Shown piece by piece: positions 24,832 to 35,200 of a stretch of DNA of 64,000 bases. The DNA comes from an uncultured Spirochaetota bacterium (GTDB taxonomy: Bacteria; Spirochaetota; Spirochaetia; SZUA-6; CAVTHK01): NCBI GenBank assembly GCA_963734495.1, contig CAVTHK010000013.1, positions 224,001-288,000 on the forward strand, given 5' to 3'. Made by a program: the position numbers and the translations under genes. How positions within the stretch are numbered: position 1 is the stretch's first letter; every line of letters begins with the position of its first letter. The notes beneath the pieces are model-generated. The model was not told the origin of the DNA and ran no database searches. It saw nothing but the letters and a program-made list of their open reading frames with translations.

Positions 24832-25473
24832 ATGGAGATCGGTATCATCGGCTCGGGCACCGTGGGACAGCACCTCGCCCTGGGGTTCCAGAGGCTCCGC
24901 CACCGCGTGACCATAGGCACGCGCACGCCGGAGAAGCTCCGCGAGTGGATCGCGGGCCAGGCCAAAGGCATCCAGGCCGCGAGCCCCGCCGAAGCGGCCG
25001 GCGCCGAGCTGCTTGTCGTGGCGACCGCGTGGTCCGGCACAGAGGCCGCGCTCCGCTCCGCCGGGATCGAGCGCTTCGCCGGCAAGGTCGTCATCGACGT
25101 CACGAACCCGCTCGTCTTCGACGGCCAGGGAGGGCCTCCCAGGCTTGCCCTCGGCTACCCGCTGTCGGGGGGGGCCGCGGTCCAGAAGTGGCTGCGCGGC
25201 GCGAGGGTCGTCAAGTGCTTCAACATCATCACCGCCGGCTACATGACGGACGCGGCACAAGCGACGAGCGATCCCGACATGTTCCTCGCGGGCGACGACC
25301 CGGCGGCCAAGCAGACAGTCGCGGAGATCGCCCGCGCGTGGGGCTGGTCGGTGCACGACGTCGGCGGCATCGAGATGTCCTACCTTCTCGAGGCGCTCGG
25401 CATGCTCTGGATCGTGTACGGCTTCCAGCACGGCCACTGGACCCACATCTTCAAGCTCATGAACAAAAAATGA
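24832..25473 (+). CDS. NADPH-dependent F420 reductase family oxidoreductase
   Basis: IGIIGSGTVG, VIDVTNPL, VVKCFN, AGDDPAAK. Confidence 0.85.
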   Translation: MEIGIIGSGTVGQHLALGFQRLRHRVTIGTRTPEKLREWIAGQAKGIQAASPAEAAGAELLVVATAWSGTEAALRSAGIERFAGKVVIDVTNPLVFDGQGGPPRLALGYPLSGGAAVQKWLRGARVVKCFNIITAGYMTDAAQATSDPDMFLAGDDPAAKQTVAEIARAWGWSVHDVGGIEMSYLLEALGMLWIVYGFQHGHWTHIFKLMNKK

Positions 25474-25518
25474 AGGTGGCCCGGCCGCTCGGATGCGGCG
25501 GCTCGCCGCCCCCGCGGG

Positions 25519-26613
25519 CTACTCCCGCAGCTTCCGGATGACCGCCGTCCCCGCCTCGCGCGTGCCCGCGCCGCCGCCGACGTCGACCGTCAGCGCGGAA
25601 CCGTCGGCGAGCGCGGAGGCCACGGCTGCCTCGATCGCGGCCGCGGCGCCGGCGGCGCCGGTGTCGCCGTGACGATCCGCGAGCCACGACAGCATCATGG
25701 CCGCCGACAGAATCGTGGCCGCCGGGTTCGCGCGGTTGCGGCCGGCGATGTCCGGCGCCGAGCCGTGGGCCGGCTGGAAGAGCCCGTGCGCGTCGCCCAC
25801 GTCCGCGGACGGCGCCATGCCGAGGCCCCCGACGGTCGCGGCCGAGAGGTCGGAGATGATGTCGCCGAACATGTTCTCCGCCACGACCACGTCGAAGTCC
25901 CAGGGCCTCAGCACCTGGTACGCGGTCATGGCGTCCACATAGGCGTAATCGCGGCCGATCTCGGGCCAGGCCGCCGCCGTGTCGTCGAAGACCTTTCGGA
26001 AGAAGGCATACGAGCGGAGGACGTTCGACTTGTCGACGCAGGTGACCTGGCTGCGGCCGTCGCGGGGGCGGCCCTTGCGGGTGCGCGCGAGGCGGAAGGC
26101 CGCCTCGACGATCTTGCGCGTCCCTTCCCTCGTGACGACGAGGCTGTCGACCACGACCTCGTCGCGCACGGCGCACCCGCCGCCGCGGGAGGCGTAAAGC
26201 CCTTCGACGTTCTCGCGGACGACGACGTAGTCGATGCCGCGGCCCGCGTCGCGCAGGGGCGAGGCCACCCCGGGCAGCAGCTTCACGGGCCGGATGCCCG
26301 CGTACAGGTCGAGCCCGAAGCGCAGGCGGAACATGGCGTCGCCCGCGACCTCGGTGCCGTCGGGGTGCCGCACCTCGGGCAGCCCGATCGCGCCGAGCAG
26401 GATGGCGTCGGCGTCGCCGCAGGCGGTGTACACCGACTCGGGCAGGGTCACGCCCGTCCGCCTGAAGAGATCCGCGCTCGCCTCGAAGCGTTCGAGCTCG
26501 AGCGTCACGCCCCTGCGGGGAGCGACGGCTTCCAGAACGCGCACCGCCTCCCCGATGACTTCGGGCCCGATCCCGTCGCCCGGGACCACGGCGACCTTGT
26601 AGCTGCGGCTCAC
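25519..26613 (-). CDS. Isopropylmalate/tartrate (beta-decarboxylating) dehydrogenase
   Basis: GDGIGPEV, VRENVEGLY, DKSNV, NMFGDIISD, PAHGSAPDIAG. Confidence 0.92.
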   Translation of the reverse strand: MSRSYKVAVVPGDGIGPEVIGEAVRVLEAVAPRRGVTLELERFEASADLFRRTGVTLPESVYTACGDADAILLGAIGLPEVRHPDGTEVAGDAMFRLRFGLDLYAGIRPVKLLPGVASPLRDAGRGIDYVVVRENVEGLYASRGGGCAVRDEVVVDSLVVTREGTRKIVEAAFRLARTRKGRPRDGRSQVTCVDKSNVLRSYAFFRKVFDDTAAAWPEIGRDYAYVDAMTAYQVLRPWDFDVVVAENMFGDIISDLSAATVGGLGMAPSADVGDAHGLFQPAHGSAPDIAGRNRANPAATILSAAMMLSWLADRHGDTGAAGAAAAIEAAVASALADGSALTVDVGGGAGTREAGTAVIRKLRE

Positions 26614-26729
26614 TGATCCTGCCTCCCGGCGTGACCCTACCCCGCCGCGCGCAGCACGTCTACCGGCGGTCAGGTTGACGGCGGCGCCCTCTGATGACTA
26701 ACCTTCCCGCGGTTGCGCAGGGAGGTCCC

Positions 26730-27140
26730 ATGCCTTTCGGCTCCGTCAACTACCTTGCGGTCGTGGTCGGCACGCTCTTCAACATGGTACTCGGCTTCCT
26801 CTGGTACGGCCCGATCCTCGGCAAGGCCTGGCTCGCCGAGATGGAAAAGGCGGGGCGCAAGCGCGAGGACATGAAGGGCTCCGGCGGGATGTACGCTCTT
26901 ACTCTGATCGTCGCTTTCGTCTCGTCGCTGGCGATGGCCCTGATCATCAAGGCGGCGGGAGCCTCGACCGCGGGCGGAGGCGTGCTCTGGGGCGCGGTCG
27001 TGTGGATCGGAGTCGGCGCGGCAACGGCGCTCACCAGCACCACGTTCGAAGGAAGGCGCGTCGCCCTCTGGCTCATCGGGAGCCTCTACTACCTGGTCGT
27101 CTTCGCCGTGCAGGGCGCACTGTACGCGCTGTGGCCGTGA
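26730..27140 (+). CDS. DUF1761-like membrane protein
   Basis: VNYLAVVV...LGFLWYGPILGKAW, four TM helices. Confidence 0.8.
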   Translation: MPFGSVNYLAVVVGTLFNMVLGFLWYGPILGKAWLAEMEKAGRKREDMKGSGGMYALTLIVAFVSSLAMALIIKAAGASTAGGGVLWGAVVWIGVGAATALTSTTFEGRRVALWLIGSLYYLVVFAVQGALYALWP

Positions 27141-27165
27141 CGAGCTCACCACGGAGGTGCACGGA

Positions 27166-28045
27166 ATGCCGCGCATAGCGAATCCTTACGGCGACGTTTC
27201 GCAGGCTCGATTCCGGCTCAAGGGCAACCTGCACGCCCACACGACCCTGAGCGACGGCATGCTCGAGCCGCAACAGGTCATCGACGCGTACGCCGAGCGG
27301 GGCTACGGGTTTCTCGCGATCACCGACCACGACCGCCTCGCGGATGCCCGCGCTCTCGAGACCTGGGCGGACCGGGGGATGGTGCTCATACCCGGCAACG
27401 AGATCAGCGCCGGCGGCTGCCATATCCTGCACGTGAACGCGGCGCAGCTCGTCGCTCCGCATCCCGACAGGCAGAAAGTGATCGAGGAGATCCGCCGCAC
27501 CGGAGGCTTCGCCGTCGTCAACCATCCCAACTGGCAGACGCGCTTCGACCACTGCCCGATCGCGGACATGGAGCGCTGGCAGGGCTACGCGGGCCTGGAG
27601 ATCTACAACGGCGTGATCCTGCGTCATCCGGGCAGCCCCTATGCGACGGGCAAGTGGGACATGCTTCTGAGCGCGGGCAGGCGCGTGTGGGGGTTCGCCA
27701 ACGACGACTTCCCACGCCCCCGAGGACCTGGCGCTCGGTTGGAACGTCGCGTTCTGCGGCGAGCGCTCTGCCGCGGGAGTCGCCGCGGCCCTGTCGCGGG
27801 GTGCCTTCTACGCTTCGACCGGCGTCGTCATCACGGACATCGGCGTGAACGGCCTCTCCATCACGGTGCGGACCGAGAACGCGAGCAAGGTCGCCGCCCT
27901 GGTCGACTACGGCCGCCGGATCGCTCAGAGCCGCGGCCCCGCGATCACCGTGGAGGTCCCGCCCGGCGTCCGCTACGTGCGCTTCGAGTGCTGGGGCGGC
28001 GGGGAACAGCAGGCCTGGACTCAGCCGTTCTTCGTCGAGGCCTGA
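27166..28045 (+). CDS. PHP-domain (CehA/McbA-like) metallohydrolase (frameshift near 27712)
   Basis: KGNLHAHTTLSDG, AITDHD, NHPNW, GFANDD. Confidence 0.85.
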
Positions 28046-28698
28046 CCCGGCGCATCGCGCACGTCGTCGAGCGAAACCGCGGCCAGTGACGGGAACGCGC
28101 GGTCGGCGAGCCTGCCGATGCGCGGGTCCTGCATGCTCGGCACGACGAAACACGACATGCCGGCCGCTTTCGCGGCGCGCACTCCGTGCAGGCTGTCCTC
28201 GAACACCAGGCAGCGCTCCGGCGCCGCGCCCAGAAGCCGGGCCGCGGCGAGAAAGACGTCCGGAGCAGGCTTGCCCGCGCGCACGCTCTCGCTCGATACG
28301 ACCGCCTGGAAGAGCCCGGCCCACCCCGCGCGGGCGAGCACGCTGCGGATCGCCTCCTCGGGCGAGCCGGAGGCCACGGCCAGCGGGTAGTGCGGCGCGA
28401 GGGCCCGGATCAGGGCGTCGGCGCCGTCGAGCGCGGGCACCGGCCTCGAAAAGGCCTGCAGCAGGAAGCGGCGCATCATCCCGCCGCACTCGTCGTCGCT
28501 GCGGCCGGACACGCCGAGCTCGCGCCGGATCGTCGCTCCCACGTCGTGGGCGTTCTGCCCCTTGTACTTGAGCGCGATCTCGGGCCTGTACGCGGAGCCG
28601 AGAGCCGCGAACAACCGCTCCTCGGCCTCCCGCCAGACGGGACCGCTCGCCACGAGCGTGTCGTCCATGTCGAAGATGACGGCCGCCTTGTCGTTCAT
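28021..28698 (-). CDS. HAD family phosphatase
   Basis: IFDMDDTL, GKPAPD, FEDSLHG. Confidence 0.9.
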   Translation of the reverse strand: MNDKAAVIFDMDDTLVASGPVWREAEERLFAALGSAYRPEIALKYKGQNAHDVGATIRRELGVSGRSDDECGGMMRRFLLQAFSRPVPALDGADALIRALAPHYPLAVASGSPEEAIRSVLARAGWAGLFQAVVSSESVRAGKPAPDVFLAAARLLGAAPERCLVFEDSLHGVRAAKAAGMSCFVVPSMQDPRIGRLADRAFPSLAAVSLDDVRDAPGQASTKNG

Positions 28699-28800
28699 CG
28701 GTGGCCGCACATTGCAGAGCGCGCCGGCCGCGGTCAAGCGACCCGCGCGGAAACGTTGACAATGCAGCGGAGACCAGTATAGTTGGCCTCGGAGTGCCCC

Positions 28801-30219
28801 GTGAGCAAGCGTCCTAATCTGCTGTACGTCCTCGCGGATCAGCTCCGATTCCAGTCGGTCGGCTGCAACGGGGACCGCAGGGCGCAGACACCCGGCATCG
28901 ACCGCCTCGCCTCACAGGGCGTGAGCTTCGTCAACGCCGTCTCGAGCACGCCGGTCTGCGCCGCCTACCGCGCTTCGCTGTTCACCGGCAAGTACACCAC
29001 GAGCACCGGAATGGTGATCAATGAGCTGCGCATCAGCCCGCAGCATCGCTGCCTGGGCCACGTGGTCACCGAGGCCGGCTACCAGACTGCCTACATCGGC
29101 AAGTGGCACCTCTGGGCGAACCAGCTCGGCAATCACCTCGACCCGAAGAACTCGTTCACGCCCCGCGGCCCGTACAGGCTCGGCTTCGACGGCTTCTGGG
29201 CCTCCTACGGCTTCCATCACGAGTACTGGGACGCCTACTACCACACCGAGAGCCCGGAGAAGATCGTGATCCCCGGCTACGAGCCGGACGGGCAGACGGA
29301 CCTGGCGATCCGCTGGCTGCGGGAGCAGCGGGACCCGGCGTCCCCGTTCTGCATGGTCCTCTCCTACGGGACGCCGCACGACCCCTGGGGCAGCGACAAC
29401 GTGCCGGAGGAATACTGGCGGAGGTTCGCCGCGGCCGACTTCACTTATCCTCCCAACTACCTGCCGGTGAACGACGACCCTTACGCGGACGCGTGGGCCA
29501 GGTTCAAGCCGGGCGAGCGGGAGAAGCTTCCGGACTGGATGCGCGGCTACTACGCCATGGCCGCGAATCTCGACTGGAACATCGGGCGGCTGCTCGCCGC
29601 CGTGGACGAGATGGGCCTGGCGGGCGACACGATCCTCGTCTTCACCTCGGACCACGGCGAGATGTTCGGCGCGCACGGCAGGCGCGCCAAGAACATCTTC
29701 TACGAGGAGGCGGCGCGCGTGCCGTTCCTGCTGCGCTGGCCGGGCCGCGTGGCGGCGGGCAGCGTCTGCGACGCGTGCCTGGGCACGGTGGACATCCTTC
29801 CGACGCTGCTCGGGTTGGCGGGGCTGGAAGTGCCGCGCGAAGTCGAGGGCATGGACCTGAGCCTGCGCGCGCAGGGCCGGCCGGGTCCCGAGCCCGACGC
29901 GGCGTTCCTCCAGAACACCGGCGCCTGCGCGGCGTGGGAGGACGGCCACGAGTGGCGCGCGCTCCGCGACAAGCGGTACACGTACGCGAAGTACCGGGTC
30001 GACGGCCGCGAGCTTCTGTTCGACAACGCCGCCGATCCTCTGCAGATGCGTGACCTGGCAGGCGAGAGGGCGCACGCGGCGACCCTGGAGCGTTTCCGCC
30101 GGCTGCTGGCTTCGAGGATGGAGGCGCTGAACGACACGTTCCCCGCGAGCACCTGGTACAGGGACCACTGGATCGAGGACCGCGTCATCAGGCGGACGGC
30201 GACGGTGAATCCCGTCTGA
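28801..30219 (+). CDS. Cys-type sulfatase
   Basis: RPNLLYVLADQ, PVCAAYRASLFTG, GKWH, TSDHG. Upstream TTGACA-N16-TATAGT at 28756-28783. Confidence 0.93.
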   Translation: MSKRPNLLYVLADQLRFQSVGCNGDRRAQTPGIDRLASQGVSFVNAVSSTPVCAAYRASLFTGKYTTSTGMVINELRISPQHRCLGHVVTEAGYQTAYIGKWHLWANQLGNHLDPKNSFTPRGPYRLGFDGFWASYGFHHEYWDAYYHTESPEKIVIPGYEPDGQTDLAIRWLREQRDPASPFCMVLSYGTPHDPWGSDNVPEEYWRRFAAADFTYPPNYLPVNDDPYADAWARFKPGEREKLPDWMRGYYAMAANLDWNIGRLLAAVDEMGLAGDTILVFTSDHGEMFGAHGRRAKNIFYEEAARVPFLLRWPGRVAAGSVCDACLGTVDILPTLLGLAGLEVPREVEGMDLSLRAQGRPGPEPDAAFLQNTGACAAWEDGHEWRALRDKRYTYAKYRVDGRELLFDNAADPLQMRDLAGERAHAATLERFRRLLASRMEALNDTFPASTWYRDHWIEDRVIRRTATVNPV

Positions 30220-30271
30220 CGCGCACGAGCGTCCGTTGGACGCAAGGCATAGACCGGAGAGGAGGAGTACC

Positions 30272-31526
30272 GTGAAACGCAACGCAATCATCCGTGCTGG
30301 CGCTGCTGGTGGCCGCGACGCTCGCATTCGCGGGCGCGCAGTCCGAAGGCAAAGCTGCGGGCAAGGTGACGCAGATCAAGTACTGGGCGCTGTTCGGAGG
30401 GTCGGACAGCGAGATCATGGAGCTCATGGTCAAGAGCGCCAACGCGGCGATGCCGAAGATCCAGACAGAGGTCACATTCGTGACCCAGAACTACTACCCG
30501 CAGCTCTCGGCCGCGATCGCGGGCGGCACACCGCCCGACGTGGCGATCTCCCACACGCGCAACATCCCGGCCATGGCCTCGGAGCAGCTTCTCTACACCT
30601 GGGACGAGGCGCTCGCGAAAAAGGGCATCAGCGAGAAGGACTTCGTCCCGATCGCCTGGAACGGCGGCTCGATCGGCGGAAAGCGCTACGGCGTGCCGCT
30701 GGACGTGATCGTGGGGCTGGTCAACTTTTACAACACCGATCTCTACAGCAAAGCCGGGCTCAAGGATGAGCCGAAGAACGCGGCGGAGTTCGTCTCCTTC
30801 TCGCAGAAGATCAAGGAGGCGACGGGAGTGTGGGGGACCAACGTGCCCCTGACCGGCATCCTGCTGTACCGCTACTGGTTCAGCGGCATGTACCAGGACG
30901 GCGGGACGCTGCTCACCGCGGATCTCAAGAAGGCCGCCTTCAACAGCCCCTCGGGCATCAAGAGCCTCCAGTTCTGGTCCGACGCGGTCTACAAGAACAA
31001 GATCAGCTCGGAGAAGCCCATGGGCGAAGGCGAAGGGTTCCGCTTCGGGAAGCTCGGCATGCAGCTCGACGGCGTCTGGAACATCAACGGGTTCCGCCAG
31101 CAGCAGAACCTCAAGTGGGACATCTTCCCCAACACCGCGCTCTTCAAGCCGGGCAACCGGGCCTATTTCGCCAACTCCCACAACTTCATCCTGCCCAGGC
31201 CCAGGAACGTCGACGCCGCCCGGCGCGACGCCGCCATGACCTTCGTCCTGTGGATGAGCGAGAACAGCTATCCCTGGGGTGAGAAGGCCGGCATGCTCGT
31301 GGCCCGCAAGAAAGTCCAGGACGACCCGAAGTACCAGGCCTACCCCTACATGAAGGCGCTGATCACGCAGGCCAACGACGCGACCTATCCCCCGAACGTC
31401 AAGGCGACCAACGAGGTGCAGGACGCGATCTTCAAGCAGCTCGAGTTCGTGATGGCGCAGAAGAAGAGCGTCCAGCAGGGCCTCGCCGACGGCGAGTCCG
31501 AGGTCAACAAGATCCTGGCGCAGTAG
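30272..31526 (+). CDS. Sugar ABC substrate-binding protein (probable indel in signal peptide near 30290)
   Basis: GGAGGAG SD, then GTG at 30272 out of frame with the main ORF; GTPPDVA, RYGVP. Confidence 0.88.
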
Positions 31527-31536
31527 CATTCCTGTG

Positions 31537-31563
31537 GCGGGCCGGGTACGCGCCCGGCCCGCC
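31537..31563 (+). terminator. Stem-loop after the binding-protein gene
   Basis: GGCGGGCCGGG...CCCGGCCCGCC. Confidence 0.6.
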
Positions 31564-31568
31564 GCTTC

Positions 31569-32477
31569 ATGTCGAGGATCGGGGAGGTGTCCGTGGCCGC
31601 GAGACAGGGCTTGAGCGTTCGCAGCGACAGCGTCGCGGCGTATCTCTTTCTCCTTCCCTACGCCCTGCTCTTCATCCCCTTCCGGATCTACCCGGTGTTC
31701 TCGGGCCTCGCCCTCAGCCTCTACAAGCGCGACATCCTCGGCCTCGAGAACCAGTTCATCGGCCTGGCCAACTTCGCGAAGGCGCTGTCGGACAACGTGT
31801 TCTGGACGTCGCTCTGGAACACGATCCGCTACACCCTGATCAGCACGCCGATCATGGTCCCCGCCGGGCTGCTCCTGGCCCTGGGCCTCTCCCGCAGGTC
31901 GGGGAGCAGCACGATCTTCCGCGTCGTATTCTTCATGCCGCGCGTGGTGTCGGTGGCGGTCGCGACCCTGGTGTGGCGGTGGATCTACCAGGCCGAGTTC
32001 GGCCTGCTCAACCACTACTTCAGGCTGCTCAACCTGCCCGAGCAGAACTGGCTCGCGAGCCCGGTGTGGTCGATGTTCGCGATCGTCGTGACCGACACCT
32101 GGTGGGTGGTCGGGTGGCCCATGATCATCTTTCTCGCCGGGCTCGGCCAGATCGATGCGCAGCTCTACGAGGCGGCCAGGGTCGACGGTGCGGGCGCCCC
32201 GCAGAGCTTCTGGCACATTACGCTGCCGGGCCTCCGGCCGAGCCTGCTCTTCATCATCGTCACGCACCTGATCGGGAGCCTTCAGATCTTCGGGCTCATC
32301 TTTATCATGACGGGAGGCGGCCCCTACGGGTCGACCCGCGTGATGGTGCAGTACATCTACGAGAACGGCTTCGAGTACTACAAGATGGGCTACGCTGCGG
32401 CCCTTTCGTTCCTCCTGATGATCGTCGTGCTGATCGCGACGCTGCTTCAGTTCACGATCCTCAAGCCCAGGGAGTAG
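31569..32477 (+). CDS. Sugar ABC permease
   Basis: LYEAARVDGA EAA motif, TGGGP. The start may be 31593. Confidence 0.92.
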   Translation: MSRIGEVSVAARQGLSVRSDSVAAYLFLLPYALLFIPFRIYPVFSGLALSLYKRDILGLENQFIGLANFAKALSDNVFWTSLWNTIRYTLISTPIMVPAGLLLALGLSRRSGSSTIFRVVFFMPRVVSVAVATLVWRWIYQAEFGLLNHYFRLLNLPEQNWLASPVWSMFAIVVTDTWWVVGWPMIIFLAGLGQIDAQLYEAARVDGAGAPQSFWHITLPGLRPSLLFIIVTHLIGSLQIFGLIFIMTGGGPYGSTRVMVQYIYENGFEYYKMGYAAALSFLLMIVVLIATLLQFTILKPRE

Positions 32478-32481
32478 GGGC

Positions 32482-33324
32482 ATGGCCAAACCGGGAACAT
32501 CCAGGGCTGCAGCCGCCGCGCTCAACTCGGTCCTCGCGATCGCCGCGCTCGCGTTCCTGGCGCCCCTCGTCTGGATGCTTTCCACGTCGCTCAAGTCGGA
32601 GACCGAGATCTTTACCCTTCCGCTCCACTGGATCCCGTGGAAGGTGAGCCTCGAGCACTACATCAAGGCGCTCACGGGCACGAAGCTCCTGCGCTGGTTC
32701 TGGAATTCGGTCTTCGTCGCCATGATGGAGACGGGCTTCGGCCTGGTTTTCATGTCGCTGGCGGCCTACCCGTTCGCGCGCATGAAGTTCGCGGGCAAGA
32801 ACGTCGTTTTCATCATCGTGCTGTCCACCATGATGATCCCGTCGCAGGTCACGTTCGTTCCCACCTACCTCATTCTCGCACGCATCGGCTGGATCAACAC
32901 GTTCCGCGGGATCATCGTGCCGAACATCGCGAACGCGTTCGGCGTGTTCCTGCTGCGCCAGTTCTTCGAGGGCATCCCGCGGGAGCTCGAGGACGCGGCC
33001 CGGATCGACGGCTGCGGGCGGCTCGCGATCTTCCTGCGCGTGATCGTCGCGCTGTCGGGGCCGGCCCTGACCGCGCTCGGCATCTTCAGGTTCCTGGGGT
33101 CGTGGAACGACTTTCTCTGGCCCATGATCGTGCTGCAGGAAGCGGGCAAGATGACCCTGCCCGTCGGGCTGGCCATCAGCCTGCAGGCGACCTACACGAC
33201 CGCGAGCTACGGGATCCTCATGGCCGCGGCGTTCGTGGCGTCGGCGCCCATCCTGGTGGTCTACATCGTATTCCAGGAGCAGATCATCAAGGGCGTGACC
33301 CTCACGGGCGTCATCAAGGGATAA
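32482..33324 (+). CDS. Sugar ABC permease
   Basis: IPRELEDAARIDG, WNDFLWP. Confidence 0.93.
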   Translation: MAKPGTSRAAAAALNSVLAIAALAFLAPLVWMLSTSLKSETEIFTLPLHWIPWKVSLEHYIKALTGTKLLRWFWNSVFVAMMETGFGLVFMSLAAYPFARMKFAGKNVVFIIVLSTMMIPSQVTFVPTYLILARIGWINTFRGIIVPNIANAFGVFLLRQFFEGIPRELEDAARIDGCGRLAIFLRVIVALSGPALTALGIFRFLGSWNDFLWPMIVLQEAGKMTLPVGLAISLQATYTTASYGILMAAAFVASAPILVVYIVFQEQIIKGVTLTGVIKG

Positions 33325-33325
33325 G

Positions 33326-33756
33326 TCAAGAAGGTCGGCGGCCGGAGCCTTTTCGGCTGCCGTCGCCTGGGCGCGACGTGAAGCGCGTGCGAACGTACTC
33401 CCGTGCGCTTTCAGGCGCGAGCTTGATCGTTCCCGGTCCGCTGCGCACGTAGAAGTCGCCTTGCGGGTCTGTGTCGACGCCTCTCCAATTGACGAATACA
33501 GGCTCGGGGCTTCGCTGACAGCTCGCGACGCACACTGTCCTGCCCTGCACTACCTGAGCGCCAATAGGGTGACGTGTTCGTCATCCTTGCGGTCCTCTTT
33601 GAGATTCCAGCGCAGTGTCGACCTGAACTCGGAGGTCTTGGACTCGTGTAGACGGCGAACCCCTCCAGGCGACCCTGCGTCTCGCATAACAGGTTGGGGT
33701 CGGCGCCCTCGGAAAGGAGCGTCGTCTCGTAGTAGGGCCCGAACGCCGCTTTGATC
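33326..33756 (-). pseudogene. hsdR: C-terminal remnants of type I HsdR with an AlbA_2/Schlafen-like domain
   Basis: Three joined pieces in different frames: IKAAFGPYYETTLLSEGADPNLL; ESKTSEFRSTLRWNLKE; VCVASCQRSPEPVF...FYVRSGPGT. Confidence 0.7.
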
Positions 33757-33952
33757 GACGGTGGAAGGGGAAGGACGGGGCGGCGGTCCCTGATCTTTCC
33801 GCGGTACCAGCAGCTCGAGTGCGTGCGCAAGCTCTTGCCAGATGCACGGGTGCACGGGCCCGGCAGGCGCTACCTCATCCAACACTCGGCGGGAAGCGGC
33901 AAGAGCTTCACCATCGCCTGGCTTGCCCACCAGCTCTCGGTCCTCCACGACG
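33757..33952 (+). pseudogene. hsdR: Inverted internal fragment of HsdR (helicase motif I)
   Basis: LIFPRYQQL...YLIQHSAGSGKSFTIAWLAHQL. Confidence 0.85.
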
Positions 33953-34292
33953 CACACAGTCCGCGACCGATACCGTAGTCCTGATCCGCGATGTTGAGCT
34001 CGCCGACGGGCGCACGAACAGACATCAAGATGTCGGATGGGCGAGCGCGCTTCGTCGCACTGTCACATGCCTGGCTCGGTGTTGGGTGCAACGGTCCAAA
34101 CTCCGCAGCCCCTTGCAGGAACGGAAGCCCCTCCGAGCCGGCGACGACAAACTCCGATGGTGGCGATTGCCCAGCTTCGATGTGCGCAAGAAACTTCAGG
34201 CGGAGCATCTTTCAGTGCGCGGGAGTCTGTTCGAACCATCCAACGCCCGAGTCCCTGTACTTGGGGTATGGCTTGTATCGCCCGGCGCTCAT
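33950..34292 (-). pseudogene. hsdS: Truncated HsdS specificity subunit
   Basis: YPKYRDSGVGW...PAH* (TGA at 34212-34214), then GQSP, PFLQGAAEFG, DILMSVRAPVG, IGRGLCA, then breaks off. Confidence 0.85.
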
Positions 34293-35200
34293 CGCCACGG
34301 GCCTCCGGGACGCCACGTGCCGCGCGCCTTCGCTTGTCCGCGCTGATCGTCAAGAATCGGTAGCAGGAACTCGCCCAGGAGCCTGGAGAACTCCGGCCCC
34401 GGGATCTCGGCTTCCAGCCGCGCTCGTTTCACGAACGCCCGCATCTGCGAAGGACGCGACGGATTCTCCCAGTACTGCGGCGTCAGACCGATCGGCGTCT
34501 CAGCGGGGATCGGCGTGCGCCGCCTGCCGAGGGTTCTCCTGACAGCCTCGCTGAGCGTCTTGCGATCGAACTCGAAGCGTGTCGCCAGATGGTGAAGATC
34601 AAAAAGATCCTTGATGCGGCTGTTTCTGTCGCCGAACACGATCACTGCTTCGAGCTTTTCCGCCACAACGGCCTCACGTGGATAGGCGAGCACTTCGGGA
34701 ACGGGGGAGTCGAGCAGCACGGGATACCTGCAGAGCTGCGGTGGGGGCCACACTGGGTCGCCGACGCCCATGTCGATCTGGAGCGAGAGCCGTGCCGAGC
34801 CGCAACGGGCCGGCAGCGCCACTCGGGTCCCCGCATACTCGTCCTCTGCTCGGATCGCGTCGATCTTCACTCCGTCGGCGTCAAAGACAACCGCGTCGGG
34901 CTCTACCTCCGTCGCGCACACCGTGCGAATGTCCTCACGGATCGCATCGAAGGATGCATTGCCTATGCGAAGGAGATCCAGGTCGCGAGTCGCCCTGTAG
35001 GGGCGATCCGACCAGACACGGAGCAGCATGGCCCCCTTGAGCACGAACTGATCCCGCAGCGCAGAAACGCCTAGGCGATAGAGGAATCGCTCGAAGCAAT
35101 AGCCCGTCAGCACCACGAGGTAGTCGTCCCCTGCTTGCTTGGCGCGGTTCAGAAGGCGTGTCGCGACCGAAGCGGCAAGATTGGCCTTCTTCTGTGTCAT
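34289..35200 (-). CDS. abiEii: AbiEii/AbiGii nucleotidyltransferase toxin
   Basis: ERFLYRL, FVLKGAMLL, RATRDLDL, AEKLEA, SRIKDLFDL. Confidence 0.92.
   Translation of the reverse strand: MTQKKANLAASVATRLLNRAKQAGDDYLVVLTGYCFERFLYRLGVSALRDQFVLKGAMLLRVWSDRPYRATRDLDLLRIGNASFDAIREDIRTVCATEVEPDAVVFDADGVKIDAIRAEDEYAGTRVALPARCGSARLSLQIDMGVGDPVWPPPQLCRYPVLLDSPVPEVLAYPREAVVAEKLEAVIVFGDRNSRIKDLFDLHHLATRFEFDRKTLSEAVRRTLGRRRTPIPAETPIGLTPQYWENPSRPSQMRAFVKRARLEAEIPGPEFSRLLGEFLLPILDDQRGQAKARGTWRPGGPWR

Noticed and set aside
34212-34214. In-frame TGA in hsdS as recoding or selenocysteine
   Set aside because: It replaces an expected Trp in an already truncated pseudogene, and TGA is a normal stop elsewhere in the window.
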